A stretch of 64,000 nt of DNA from Bacteroidales bacterium (GTDB lineage: Bacteria; Bacteroidota; Bacteroidia; Bacteroidales; GWA2-32-17), in contig DAOOWN010000001.1 in NCBI GenBank assembly GCA_035371305.1, positions 3,406 to 67,405 on the forward strand. The letters are read 5' to 3'. Positions 19,701-27,028 of this stretch are shown here, piece after piece. The first letter of the stretch is position 1, and the number at the start of each line of letters is the position of its first letter. The notes beneath the pieces are model-generated. The model was not told where the DNA came from and made no database searches. It saw only the letters and a program-made list of their open reading frames with translations. Made by a program: the position numbers and the translations under genes.

Positions 19701-20937
19701 TGCTAAACCATCGTCAAATCAATCAATGCAAACAAAAGGATTACAGTTTTATAAACGAATAGATTCTCAGGTAGCTACAAATAAACACAGATTATCGAGT
19801 GTTTTGGTAGTGATTACAAAAGATAAATCGAAATGGAGCCGTTGCCCTGTAATAGAGACAGCCGATTTAGATTTAGCTTCGTTAAGTTTTTCTGCTGGCC
19901 AAAGCGAAGGTGGTGCTAAGAAATTTGAATTAAGACGACATGCTTCTGTTGATAAAGAAGGAAGAACCAACAATATTGGAGATAGCACCAATGCTAATTA
20001 TTCAAATTATATTTCTTCTACCGGTATGGGATGGTTCCCTGGTTATGCTATTGATATGGAAACCGGTGAGCGATTAAATATTGTTTTTGGTGAAAATTCT
20101 CAGTATGCATCGCAAAATGGAAAAGATATGATTTGGAACCCGACGGCTGAATATGCAAACGAGATTTATTACCAAACAGGTGGTGCAAGTGGTCAGTTAT
20201 TATTAGGCGGTCAACACTATATTTGGGTATTTGGACATAATGATAAACCATCAAATAGTTCCACTTTAGTTGATACGATGCCTAGATACGATGAAGGTAG
20301 ATATCTCGTGCGTAAGTTTAAACAATTGCAAACGATGAATGGATCAACGTACGAAAATCGTATGGCAATGGTTTGGAATAATGCAATGTGGGTATCTGTT
20401 CCTATGTTAAATGGTCAATTAGTTAAACCGGCAGGCACTACAGATCCATATTGGTTTATAAAAGGTGAAGTAAAAATTAATATTTCAATTGCTAATCCTT
20501 ATCAAAAGCGTACAGCAGAATTATTAAGTTCTACTGCTCCAAATCAGGGTTACCCAATGTACTTCTTCTCACTTAAAGATGTTAGCCCGACAACCAATGA
20601 CAATACTACTGCCAAAAATTCGCTCGACTTAATTAAGGTAGTACCCAATCCTTATTATGGTTATAGTGCTTACGAAGGCTCACAGATTGAAAATAAAGTT
20701 AGAATTACCAATTTGCCTCAAAAATGTACCATAAGTATTTTTAATGCAAGTGGAACATTGATTCGTCGCTTCAAGAAAGACAGCCCTGTTTCGTATCAGG
20801 ATTGGGATTTGAAGAACGAATACAATATTAGTATTGCAAGCGGTATGTATATTGTTCATATTGACGCCCCTGGTATAGGCGAAAAGGTAATAAAATGGTT
20901 TGGTGCTTTACGCCCCATCGACTTAAATAATTTCTAA
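16750..20937 (+). CDS. Large secreted protein of unknown function (1395 aa) with T9SS-type C-terminal domain
   Basis: Signal peptide MKQSRKIQVLLFASLLISSYTFA. Asp-rich putative Ca-binding stretches (WDENEDGIYNPDDGDYPFYD, DADLGDHADDYVGTD, NGDEMDGDGNG). No catalytic motif recognised. C-terminus IKVVPNPYYGY...ISIFNASGTLIRRF...SGMYIVHIDAPG..KVIKWFGAL is CTD-like. Confidence 0.7.
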   Translation: MKQSRKIQVLLFASLLISSYTFAYKYIGGSKNTEGEKSLAAGCVTPGGRTIFEYNNIRTMIFTGGDMWWDLLGNPYYEIPKYSGKHALFAGAIWIGGTDVNGQLRVSAARYRQVGQDYFTGPLKAFGSDKGNTTSEMCTKYDKHFPVTKDEVIRFRSWWRAVQSNNTQLLQDVYAGYEVPDDIKNWPGNNTEPDYMPTLAPFWDENEDGIYNPDDGDYPFYDLDKIVPCGTTPDKRRPRLYGDATLWWVYNDRGNIHTESKGASIGMEIQAQYFAFATNDELNNMTFGNYALINRSTYTLQDTYFGVWTDADLGDHADDYVGTDVNRGLGYLYNGDEMDGDGNGKTYGTQPPAIGVDFFEGPYQDPDGRDNLSNWVYNSATGKKELNCSAAPLSEGSINGLNFNDGVIDDERWGMRRFLYFTNGASTTGDPEKAIEYYRMLRGYWKHGTRMTYGGTGYLSSQTPADFMFPDDTDPCGWGTSGIPQASWKETQAPGDRRFVQSAGPFTLLPGATNDITVGMVWARATQGGAWASVSEVRRADDKAQRLFEVCFKIVDAPNAPELQIVELDKELIFHIYNIKGSNNYLNTSEDYVEEDPFIVCPNNQPNCDTKYRFQGYQVYQLKDKSSSINDINDISKARLVFQCDIKDSVSRIVNFEYDNQIGYSVPKVKVEGADAGIQHTFKLTEDAFATGDKRLINHKSYYYVAIAYAYNNYKTYDPNDPSKLDGQKLPYLPSRSGYGKPIQIYSAMPHTPSPANNGTILNASYGYGPKIIQLDGHGNGNNELKLTQATINTILASPLHKTDSVEYENTFGPISVKVVDPLNIQPNDFILKFIPDSTTINSTEFTVSKTRWMLYKANSTQASDIVYSESAISMQNEQLIPQWGISITITQVPWPLKDDYKSFQNGYINSSISYENPMERWVNFMPDVDGCDFPNWIRSGTVNNMDDLSCNDFFIGSSTPDSKSFYEKVVEGTWAPYALAMKDAKPSSNQSMQTKGLQFYKRIDSQVATNKHRLSSVLVVITKDKSKWSRCPVIETADLDLASLSFSAGQSEGGAKKFELRRHASVDKEGRTNNIGDSTNANYSNYISSTGMGWFPGYAIDMETGERLNIVFGENSQYASQNGKDMIWNPTAEYANEIYYQTGGASGQLLLGGQHYIWVFGHNDKPSNSSTLVDTMPRYDEGRYLVRKFKQLQTMNGSTYENRMAMVWNNAMWVSVPMLNGQLVKPAGTTDPYWFIKGEVKINISIANPYQKRTAELLSSTAPNQGYPMYFFSLKDVSPTTNDNTTAKNSLDLIKVVPNPYYGYSAYEGSQIENKVRITNLPQKCTISIFNASGTLIRRFKKDSPVSYQDWDLKNEYNISIASGMYIVHIDAPGIGEKVIKWFGALRPIDLNNF

Positions 20938-20957
20938 AAAATGGTATAACGAAAATA

Positions 20958-22079
20958 ATGAAGAATAATATGAAAAAGCAAGTAGTTATTGGAGCTTTGG
21001 TAGTTTTAGGAATGACATTCTTTAACTATAGCAAAGCAGGTAATGAACAGCGTGCCGGACAAGCCGGAGCCAGTGAGTTATTAATTAATCCATGGGCAAG
21101 AAGTACCGGCTGGGGAGGAGCAAACACCGGAGGTGCACGCGGTTTAGAAGCCTTAAGCTTAAATGTAGCAGGAACTGCATTTACCAAGAAAACAGAACTT
21201 ATATTTTCGCATACCAATTGGTTAGCCGGAACAGGAATTAATATCAATGCTTTCGGATTATCGCAGAAAGTTGGCGAAAGTGGTGTGTTAAGCCTTTCGT
21301 TTATGAATATGGATTTCGGCGAAATTGATATCACAACGGTCGATTTGCCCGAAGGAGGTATTGGTACTTTTCATCCTTCATATACTGTAATAGGTATTGC
21401 TTATGCTAAAGAATTCTCAAACAGTATTTATGGTGGAATGAATTTGAAAGTTGTAAATGAAAAAATTGCTAACTTAGGAGCTACCGGAGTATGTGTAGAT
21501 GCCGGTATCCAATATCTTACCGGTTTGGGAGTAAATAAGTTGGGTAAAAAAATACGCGACAATTTACATCTTGGTATTTCACTGAAAAACTGGGGACCCA
21601 CCATGCGTTATAGCGGTGATGGTTTATCATTTCGTGGTAATGTGCCACCCAACGATGTTGTTATGACCGTATTGTCTCGTTCTGCTGATTTTGAATTGCC
21701 TGCTCTTATAACAATTGGTGCCATGATAGATTTTCATTTAGGAACCAAGGTTGATACTGCAGCTTCAAAAATATCGAGCGATTATCGTTTATCATTTGCA
21801 GCCAACTTTACATCCAATTCTTTTACAAAAGACCAGTATCATGCAGGATTAGAATTTGCATTTAGAGAAATGATTATGTTGAGAGGTGGTTTTATTTATG
21901 AAAAAGGTCTGTTTGATTACGATACTCGAACAACAGCATTTACAGGACCAACAGCTGGTGTTTCCATTCAAATTCCAATGAACAAAGAAAAAGGAAGTAC
22001 ATTTGCTATCGATTATTCATATAGAGCGACAAATCCATTTAATGGTGTTCACTCAATAGGAGCAAAAATTACGTTGTAA
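20958..22079 (+). CDS. PorV/PorQ-family-like outer-membrane beta-barrel protein (373 aa)
   Basis: Signal peptide. The N-terminal motif GASELLINPWARSTGWGGANTG...LSLNVAGTAF resembles the remembered PorV/PorQ (FadL-like) signature FLxIxPDARxxGMGDA...NPAGLA. Alternating beta-strand pattern, ending ..HSIGAKITL. Not verified by HMM. Confidence 0.6.
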   Translation: MKNNMKKQVVIGALVVLGMTFFNYSKAGNEQRAGQAGASELLINPWARSTGWGGANTGGARGLEALSLNVAGTAFTKKTELIFSHTNWLAGTGININAFGLSQKVGESGVLSLSFMNMDFGEIDITTVDLPEGGIGTFHPSYTVIGIAYAKEFSNSIYGGMNLKVVNEKIANLGATGVCVDAGIQYLTGLGVNKLGKKIRDNLHLGISLKNWGPTMRYSGDGLSFRGNVPPNDVVMTVLSRSADFELPALITIGAMIDFHLGTKVDTAASKISSDYRLSFAANFTSNSFTKDQYHAGLEFAFREMIMLRGGFIYEKGLFDYDTRTTAFTGPTAGVSIQIPMNKEKGSTFAIDYSYRATNPFNGVHSIGAKITL

Positions 22080-22092
22080 TCTAAAAAATTAT

Positions 22093-22100
22093 TATATTTG
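22093..22100 (+). promoter_or_regulatory. Candidate -7 box (TATATTTG) upstream of greA, lying before the hairpin at 22115
   Basis: Exact TAnnTTTG, 67 nt upstream of the greA ATG. Confidence 0.35.
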
Positions 22101-22114
22101 CATAGTAAAAAGGG

Positions 22115-22147
22115 TTCTTCTTTGAAAAAAGAAGAATTCTTTTTTTC
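22115..22147 (+). terminator. Hairpin + T-run: terminator of the 13084-22079 operon and/or greA leader attenuator
   Basis: TTCTTCTTT-GAAA-AAAGAAGAA (9 bp, GNRA-like loop) followed by TTCTTTTTTTC. Confidence 0.5.
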
Positions 22148-22167
22148 TATATTAAAATGATAAGAAT

Positions 22168-22641
22168 ATGAGTAAAGTCTTTTATTTATCGGAAGAAGGA
22201 TATAAAAAGCTTAAAGACGAGCTTGAATTTTTAAAAACGGTTGAGCGTCCCCGTATATCGGCAATGATAGCCGAAGCTAGGGATAAAGGTGATTTGTCTG
22301 AAAACGCAGAATACGATGCTGCAAAAGAAGCACAAGGGATGCTGGAGCTAAAGATTTCAAAACTAGAAGAGACCTTAAATAATAGCCGAATTCTTGATGA
22401 TTCGAAAATTGATAATTCTAAAGTTCAGATATTATCTAAAGTTAAAATTAGAAATTTAGCTAATAAATCGGAAGTTGTTTATACGATAGTATCTGAAAGT
22501 GAAGCCAATTTAAAAGAAGGAAAAATCTCAATAAATACGCCCATTGCTAAAGGTTTGATCGGAAAATCTGTAGGCGAAATTGTAGAGGTGCAGGTTCCCA
22601 ATGGGAAAGTAAAATTTGAAATATTAGAAATTTCAAGATAA
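22168..22641 (+). CDS. greA: Transcription elongation factor GreA
   Basis: N-terminal coiled coil with ..A.EARDKGDLSENAEYDAAKE... C-terminal FKBP-like domain. Length 157 aa. Confidence 0.93.
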   Translation: MSKVFYLSEEGYKKLKDELEFLKTVERPRISAMIAEARDKGDLSENAEYDAAKEAQGMLELKISKLEETLNNSRILDDSKIDNSKVQILSKVKIRNLANKSEVVYTIVSESEANLKEGKISINTPIAKGLIGKSVGEIVEVQVPNGKVKFEILEISR

Positions 22642-22643
22642 TT

Positions 22644-23039
22644 ATGAGCACAATATTTTCTAAAATAGTAGCAGGCGAGATTCCTTGCTATAAAGTTGCA
22701 GAAAACGATAAATTCCTCGCATTTCTCGATATAAATCCACTCGCCGAGGGGCATACACTTGTTATTCCCAAAACAGAAATCGATTATATTTTCGATATCC
22801 CAGACAATATGCTCGCCGAAATGATGCTTTTTGCTAAGCAGGTAGCTAAAGCTATTGAAAAAGCTATTCCTTGTAAAAGAATTGGAATTGCAGTGATAGG
22901 GTTAGAAGTTCCTCACGCACATATTCATCTGATTCCAATAAATCATGTTGGCGATATTGACTTTTCGCGTAAAAAACTAAGTTTTAGCTCTGACGAATTT
23001 AATACTACATTAAAAAAAATACTTGAAAATATTAAATAA
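22644..23039 (+). CDS. HIT family (histidine triad) hydrolase
   Basis: FSKIVAGEIP.YKV, PLAEGHTLVIPK, and the HAHIHLIP histidine triad. Starts 2 nt after the greA stop. Confidence 0.9.
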   Translation: MSTIFSKIVAGEIPCYKVAENDKFLAFLDINPLAEGHTLVIPKTEIDYIFDIPDNMLAEMMLFAKQVAKAIEKAIPCKRIGIAVIGLEVPHAHIHLIPINHVGDIDFSRKKLSFSSDEFNTTLKKILENIK

Positions 23040-23079
23040 ATTTTTAAGATTTTATATCTCCGGATTTCTAAAAAAGACG

Positions 23080-23087
23080 TATCTTTG
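23080..23087 (+). promoter_or_regulatory. Candidate -7 box (TATCTTTG)
   Basis: Exact TAnnTTTG, 28 nt upstream of the ATG at 23116. Confidence 0.4.
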
Positions 23088-23115
23088 TGGTTACCAATTT
23101 TAAAAAATATTATTT

Positions 23116-24168
23116 ATGAAAAAACTTTACAATTCATTATTTTTAGTAGCATTTTTAGCTATAAGTCAACTTTCTTTTGGTCAATTTTATGATGGATTTA
23201 CCGGAACCGGTAATATCGGTGGAAATTGCACAACTGTAGGTGCTACTCCAGATTGCGAAAGCAATGGTTGGTACACTCATAGCGGTACAGTTGGAACGAT
23301 TGATATTTTACCCGGAAGTTTATCATATAATGGCTTACAAACATCTACAGGAAATAAAGTTTACATTTTAGGTAATAATACACAACTTTCTCGTGATGTA
23401 AATGCTCCTGTTACAATAAGTGGTAATGTTGCTTATTATTCAGCCATTATAAACGTTATTGATAGTACGAATTTGCATGCAACGAATGTAAACTATTTTA
23501 TGCACTTTGCGACAACAAGTGGTAATACTGGTGTTTCTACTTTTCCTGCACGTTTAGGTATTAAAAAAGGTGCTACACCCGGTACTTTTAATTTTGCAAT
23601 TTCAAATTTAAACGTAGCTGTTACTGCATATACTGTAAATACTACAGATTTGCCTTTTGGTACTCCAGTTTTTGTGGTTGTTAAATTTGATATGACTTCT
23701 AATACAGCTTATTTGTGGGTAAATCCAACTGACTTAGGCCAAAATGAACCTTCCGGTGCCGTTTCAAATAATGCTTCTACTTCTACAGCAACTACAATTG
23801 CTGCTATTTGTATCAGAAATGGTTGGGATAACACAAATACCTGCGGAACACCCAAAGCAGAAATTGATGAAATCAGAGTTGGTACAACGTGGGCATCTGT
23901 TACTCCAACACCACAAAGTGTAAGTGAAAACAATATAATGCAAGCCACTCTTTATCCTAATCCGGCAAAAGATATGATTACCATTTCATCTGAAGAAAAT
24001 ATTGCAAATGTAATGGTTTATGATATGCAGGGAAAACTTGTAAAACAACAAGTATTTTCAACCGAACAAGAGGTTAGACTTAATGTAAGTGAACTTTCAA
24101 ATGGACTTTACAATGTAGTTGCAACCAGCTTAAATGGGAAAATGTTTATTTCTAAATTTTCGAAATAA
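23116..24168 (+). CDS. T9SS cargo of unknown function (350 aa) with type-A CTD
   Basis: Signal peptide. A jelly-roll-like body ends ..EIDEIRVGTTWASVTP. CTD is ATLYPNPAKDMITI...MVYDMQGKLV...LSNGLYNVVA..KFSK. Confidence 0.7.
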   Translation: MKKLYNSLFLVAFLAISQLSFGQFYDGFTGTGNIGGNCTTVGATPDCESNGWYTHSGTVGTIDILPGSLSYNGLQTSTGNKVYILGNNTQLSRDVNAPVTISGNVAYYSAIINVIDSTNLHATNVNYFMHFATTSGNTGVSTFPARLGIKKGATPGTFNFAISNLNVAVTAYTVNTTDLPFGTPVFVVVKFDMTSNTAYLWVNPTDLGQNEPSGAVSNNASTSTATTIAAICIRNGWDNTNTCGTPKAEIDEIRVGTTWASVTPTPQSVSENNIMQATLYPNPAKDMITISSEENIANVMVYDMQGKLVKQQVFSTEQEVRLNVSELSNGLYNVVATSLNGKMFISKFSK

Positions 24169-24192
24169 CGTATCATTATAATAATCAATAAC

Positions 24193-24225
24193 AAAGGCTG
24201 TCTCGTTTCGAGGCAGCCTTTTTTT
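24193..24225. terminator. Bidirectional hairpin terminator between convergent genes
   Basis: AAAGGCTGTCTCG-TTT-CGAGGCAGCCTTT (13 bp, one G-U) followed by TTTTT. The T-run overlaps the stop codon of the minus-strand cpsB-like gene. Confidence 0.75.
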
Positions 24226-24925
24226 ATAGTAAGGTTTTATTGAGCAAAGGATTGGTTTGTATTAGCTTTTCGAAATAGGGTGTTGATTTTTGCAGTTGAG
24301 CAATCGTGGATGGATTTTTAAGGGAATGACTATCGCTTCCACAAAAACTTACTAATTGATTATCAACTAAATATTCTGCATTGCATCTTAACTCTTTTGA
24401 AACAATATCCGAAAGCGAAACAAGGTTTAATTGCAACTTAACTCCCATTTCGTGAAGAGCATGGTATTTTTCTTTTTGATTATAAAAGTAAATATAACGT
24501 TCGGGATGAGCTAAAACAGGAATGTAGCCACTATCCATTATAATTTGAATATCGCTCCATAGTGATTTACTGCAAATAAACGGTGATAATTCAAAAAGTA
24601 CATAATTATTCCCAAATGTGAGAACTTCTTTATTTTTTATTTGTTGAATAAAGAGTTCGTCAAGATAATATTCTGAAGCAACATCTAATTGTATATTTAA
24701 TCTGTGAATAGACAAAGCAACATTTACTTTGTTCAGTGTTTCATATATTTTTTCTGGTGGATTTGCAAACCATCCTTTTTGATTATGGGGAGTCGTTATC
24801 ATTTTTTTATACCCCATGTTTTGCATGAATTTGCAAATATCAATGGTTTCGCTGATACTTTTTGCCCCATCATCAAGATTCGGCAAAACATGAGAGTGAA
24901 TATCTACAAGAATAGATTGAAACAT
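24224..24925 (-). CDS. cpsB: CpsB/CapC-type (PHP-domain) capsule tyrosine-protein phosphatase
   Basis: N-terminal DIHSHVLPNLDDGA metal motif, TPH, AHPERY, GSDSH. Length 233 aa. Confidence 0.85.
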   Translation of the reverse strand: MFQSILVDIHSHVLPNLDDGAKSISETIDICKFMQNMGYKKMITTPHNQKGWFANPPEKIYETLNKVNVALSIHRLNIQLDVASEYYLDELFIQQIKNKEVLTFGNNYVLFELSPFICSKSLWSDIQIIMDSGYIPVLAHPERYIYFYNQKEKYHALHEMGVKLQLNLVSLSDIVSKELRCNAEYLVDNQLVSFCGSDSHSLKNPSTIAQLQKSTPYFEKLIQTNPLLNKTLL

Positions 24926-25986
24926 TATCGTTGATAGTATTGTTTTTCGTAATATTTTTCGTATTCGCCTGTAAGAATGTTATTTATCCACGTTTCATTG
25001 TTTAAATACCAATCGACCGTTATATTAAGACCCGTTTCGAAATCAACTTCCTGCTTCCATCCGAGGTCTTTTTTTAGTTTACTACAGTCAATGGCATATC
25101 TGAGATCATGACCTGCTCTGTCTTTTACAAAAGTTATTAGTTTTTCTGATGTGCCTATGGGTCTTTGGAGCTTGTGGTCCATAATTTCGCAAAGCTTCTT
25201 AACTAGCTTAATATTTTGCCACTCATTTTCGCCTCCAATGTTATAAGTTTGACCAATTTTTCCGGAATTGAAAATTAAATCGATAGCTCTTGCATGGTCT
25301 TCAACGTATAGCCAATCTCTAACATTTTCACCTTTCCCATATACCGGAAGAGGTTTTTGTGTGCGAATATTGTTGATCATCAAAGGGATTAACTTTTCAG
25401 GGAATTGATTGGGACCGTAATTGTTTGAACAGTTCGAAATAACGATTGGTAAACCGAACGTATGAAAATATGCCCTGACAATATGATCGCTACTTGCTTT
25501 ACTTGCCGAATAAGGACTGCGAGGGTCGTATGGGGTTGTTTCTTTAAAATATCCTTCGCTGCCTAATGAGCCATATACTTCGTCGGTGCTGATATGATAA
25601 AAACGTTTGTTTTCAAATTGGTTGTTCCAAAAGTAGCGAGCGGCGTTTAAAAGTGTAACCGTTCCAATAATATTGGTTTGAATAAATTCCATAGGGTTCG
25701 AAATGGAACGATCGACATGCGATTCGGCAGCAAGGTGTATAATGCCATCAATTTTATTTTGTTCAAAAATATTTTGAACCAATTGAGCATCGCAAATATC
25801 ACCTTTTATAAAAGTATAATTAGGTTTATTTTCTATGTCTTTTATGTTTTCTAAATTGCCGGCATAGGTCAACTTATCCAGATTAATGATATGCCAATGC
25901 GGATAGTTGTTTACAAATAAACGAACAACATGAGAGCCAATAAAACCCGCTCCACCGGTAATTAGAATATTTCTTTCAAATTTCAT
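24925..25986 (-). CDS. rfbB: dTDP-glucose 4,6-dehydratase
   Basis: TGGAGFIGS Rossmann motif, STDEVYG, YSASKASSD (YxxxK), and the typical RfbB C-terminus. Length 353 aa. Confidence 0.93.
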   Translation of the reverse strand: MKFERNILITGGAGFIGSHVVRLFVNNYPHWHIINLDKLTYAGNLENIKDIENKPNYTFIKGDICDAQLVQNIFEQNKIDGIIHLAAESHVDRSISNPMEFIQTNIIGTVTLLNAARYFWNNQFENKRFYHISTDEVYGSLGSEGYFKETTPYDPRSPYSASKASSDHIVRAYFHTFGLPIVISNCSNNYGPNQFPEKLIPLMINNIRTQKPLPVYGKGENVRDWLYVEDHARAIDLIFNSGKIGQTYNIGGENEWQNIKLVKKLCEIMDHKLQRPIGTSEKLITFVKDRAGHDLRYAIDCSKLKKDLGWKQEVDFETGLNITVDWYLNNETWINNILTGEYEKYYEKQYYQR

Positions 25987-25998
25987 GAGTAATAGAAA

Positions 25999-27027
25999 TT
26001 AATGAATACCTCTATAATTTTTTTCCCAGTTCCAGGCATCGCGCAATGCATCTTCAATGGTCAGTTCAGCTTTCCATCCCAACACTTTATTTGCTTTAGT
26101 AGTATCTGCCCAAACTTTTTCAACATCCCCCTCGCGACGATCGTCAATGATATAATTTAATTTAATATTATTAACCTTTTGGAATGCTTCAATTACTTCT
26201 AAAACAGAGTTTCCACGTCCTGTTCCAATATTAAATATTTCGCAGTCGCTTTCGTATGCTTTGTCAATTAAACGTTCTAATGCGGCAATATGAGCTTTGG
26301 CAAGGTCAACAACATGAATATAATCGCGGATGCAAGTTCCGTCTGGGGTATCATAGTCGTCTCCGTAAACCCTGAGAACGTCTCTGATTCCCGCTGCTGT
26401 TTGTGTAATGTAGGGTACAAGGTTGTTAGGAATACCTATGGGTAATTCACCAATTAACCCCGAAGGATGGGCTCCAATTGGATTAAAATAACGAAGTAAA
26501 CATGCTTTCAGGTGTTCATTAGAACGAATGGTGTCATTGATAATTTCTTCGGCAATTTGTTTCGTATTGCCATAAGGAGATACCGCCGGTTTTATGGGGG
26601 CATTTTCTTTAATCGGGAGCTTCTCGGGCTCACCATAAACCGTACATGATGATGAAAAAACCAAATGTGGGATTTGGAATTCAATCATGTTTTCCAGTAC
26701 GTTCAGAAGTGAAATAATGTTGTTTTTATAATAAAGTAAAGGATTGGCAGTCGATTCGCCAACGGCTTTTAATGCTGCAAAATGTATTACGGCATCTAAA
26801 TCGTGATGTGTTTCAAAATATTTTTTTACTTCATCAGATTGATTTAAATCGAGTTTGGTGAAATGTGGTTCTATACCGGTAATTGCTTTAATACCGTTTA
26901 AAACAGAGCTGTGAGAATTTGAAAAATTGTCTATAATAAAAACTTCATAGCCTTTTTGAATTAACTCTACAGCCGTATGTGAACCTATATAGCCTGTTCC
27001 TCCGGTTATTAAAATTTTTTTATTCAT
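25999..27027 (-). CDS. galE: UDP-glucose 4-epimerase
   Basis: TGGTGYIGSH, SSSCTVYG, YGNTKQI (YxxxK), LRYFNP.GAHPSG, RDYIHV.DLA. Confidence 0.92.
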   Translation of the reverse strand: MNKKILITGGTGYIGSHTAVELIQKGYEVFIIDNFSNSHSSVLNGIKAITGIEPHFTKLDLNQSDEVKKYFETHHDLDAVIHFAALKAVGESTANPLLYYKNNIISLLNVLENMIEFQIPHLVFSSSCTVYGEPEKLPIKENAPIKPAVSPYGNTKQIAEEIINDTIRSNEHLKACLLRYFNPIGAHPSGLIGELPIGIPNNLVPYITQTAAGIRDVLRVYGDDYDTPDGTCIRDYIHVVDLAKAHIAALERLIDKAYESDCEIFNIGTGRGNSVLEVIEAFQKVNNIKLNYIIDDRREGDVEKVWADTTKANKVLGWKAELTIEDALRDAWNWEKNYRGIH

Positions 27028-27028
27028 T

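Noticed and set aside
13084-20937. SusC/SusD-type polysaccharide utilisation locus
   Set aside because: Gene 1 has SusC-like N-terminal domains. However, gene 2 is 1395 aa, lacks a lipoprotein Cys after its signal peptide, shows no SusD-like helical/TPR character, and carries a T9SS CTD. No glycoside hydrolases or hybrid two-component/ECF regulators are adjacent.
16750-22079. Canonical porU-porV pair (T9SS sortase + shuttle), which are often adjacent in Bacteroidota
   Set aside because: The 1395-aa protein lacks what I remember of PorU (the N-terminal G.WYKI-type motif and a gingipain-like C25 His/Cys core). The small barrel's N-terminus is PorV-family-like but not close to the remembered PorV consensus. 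Without an HMM I cannot call them porU/porV.
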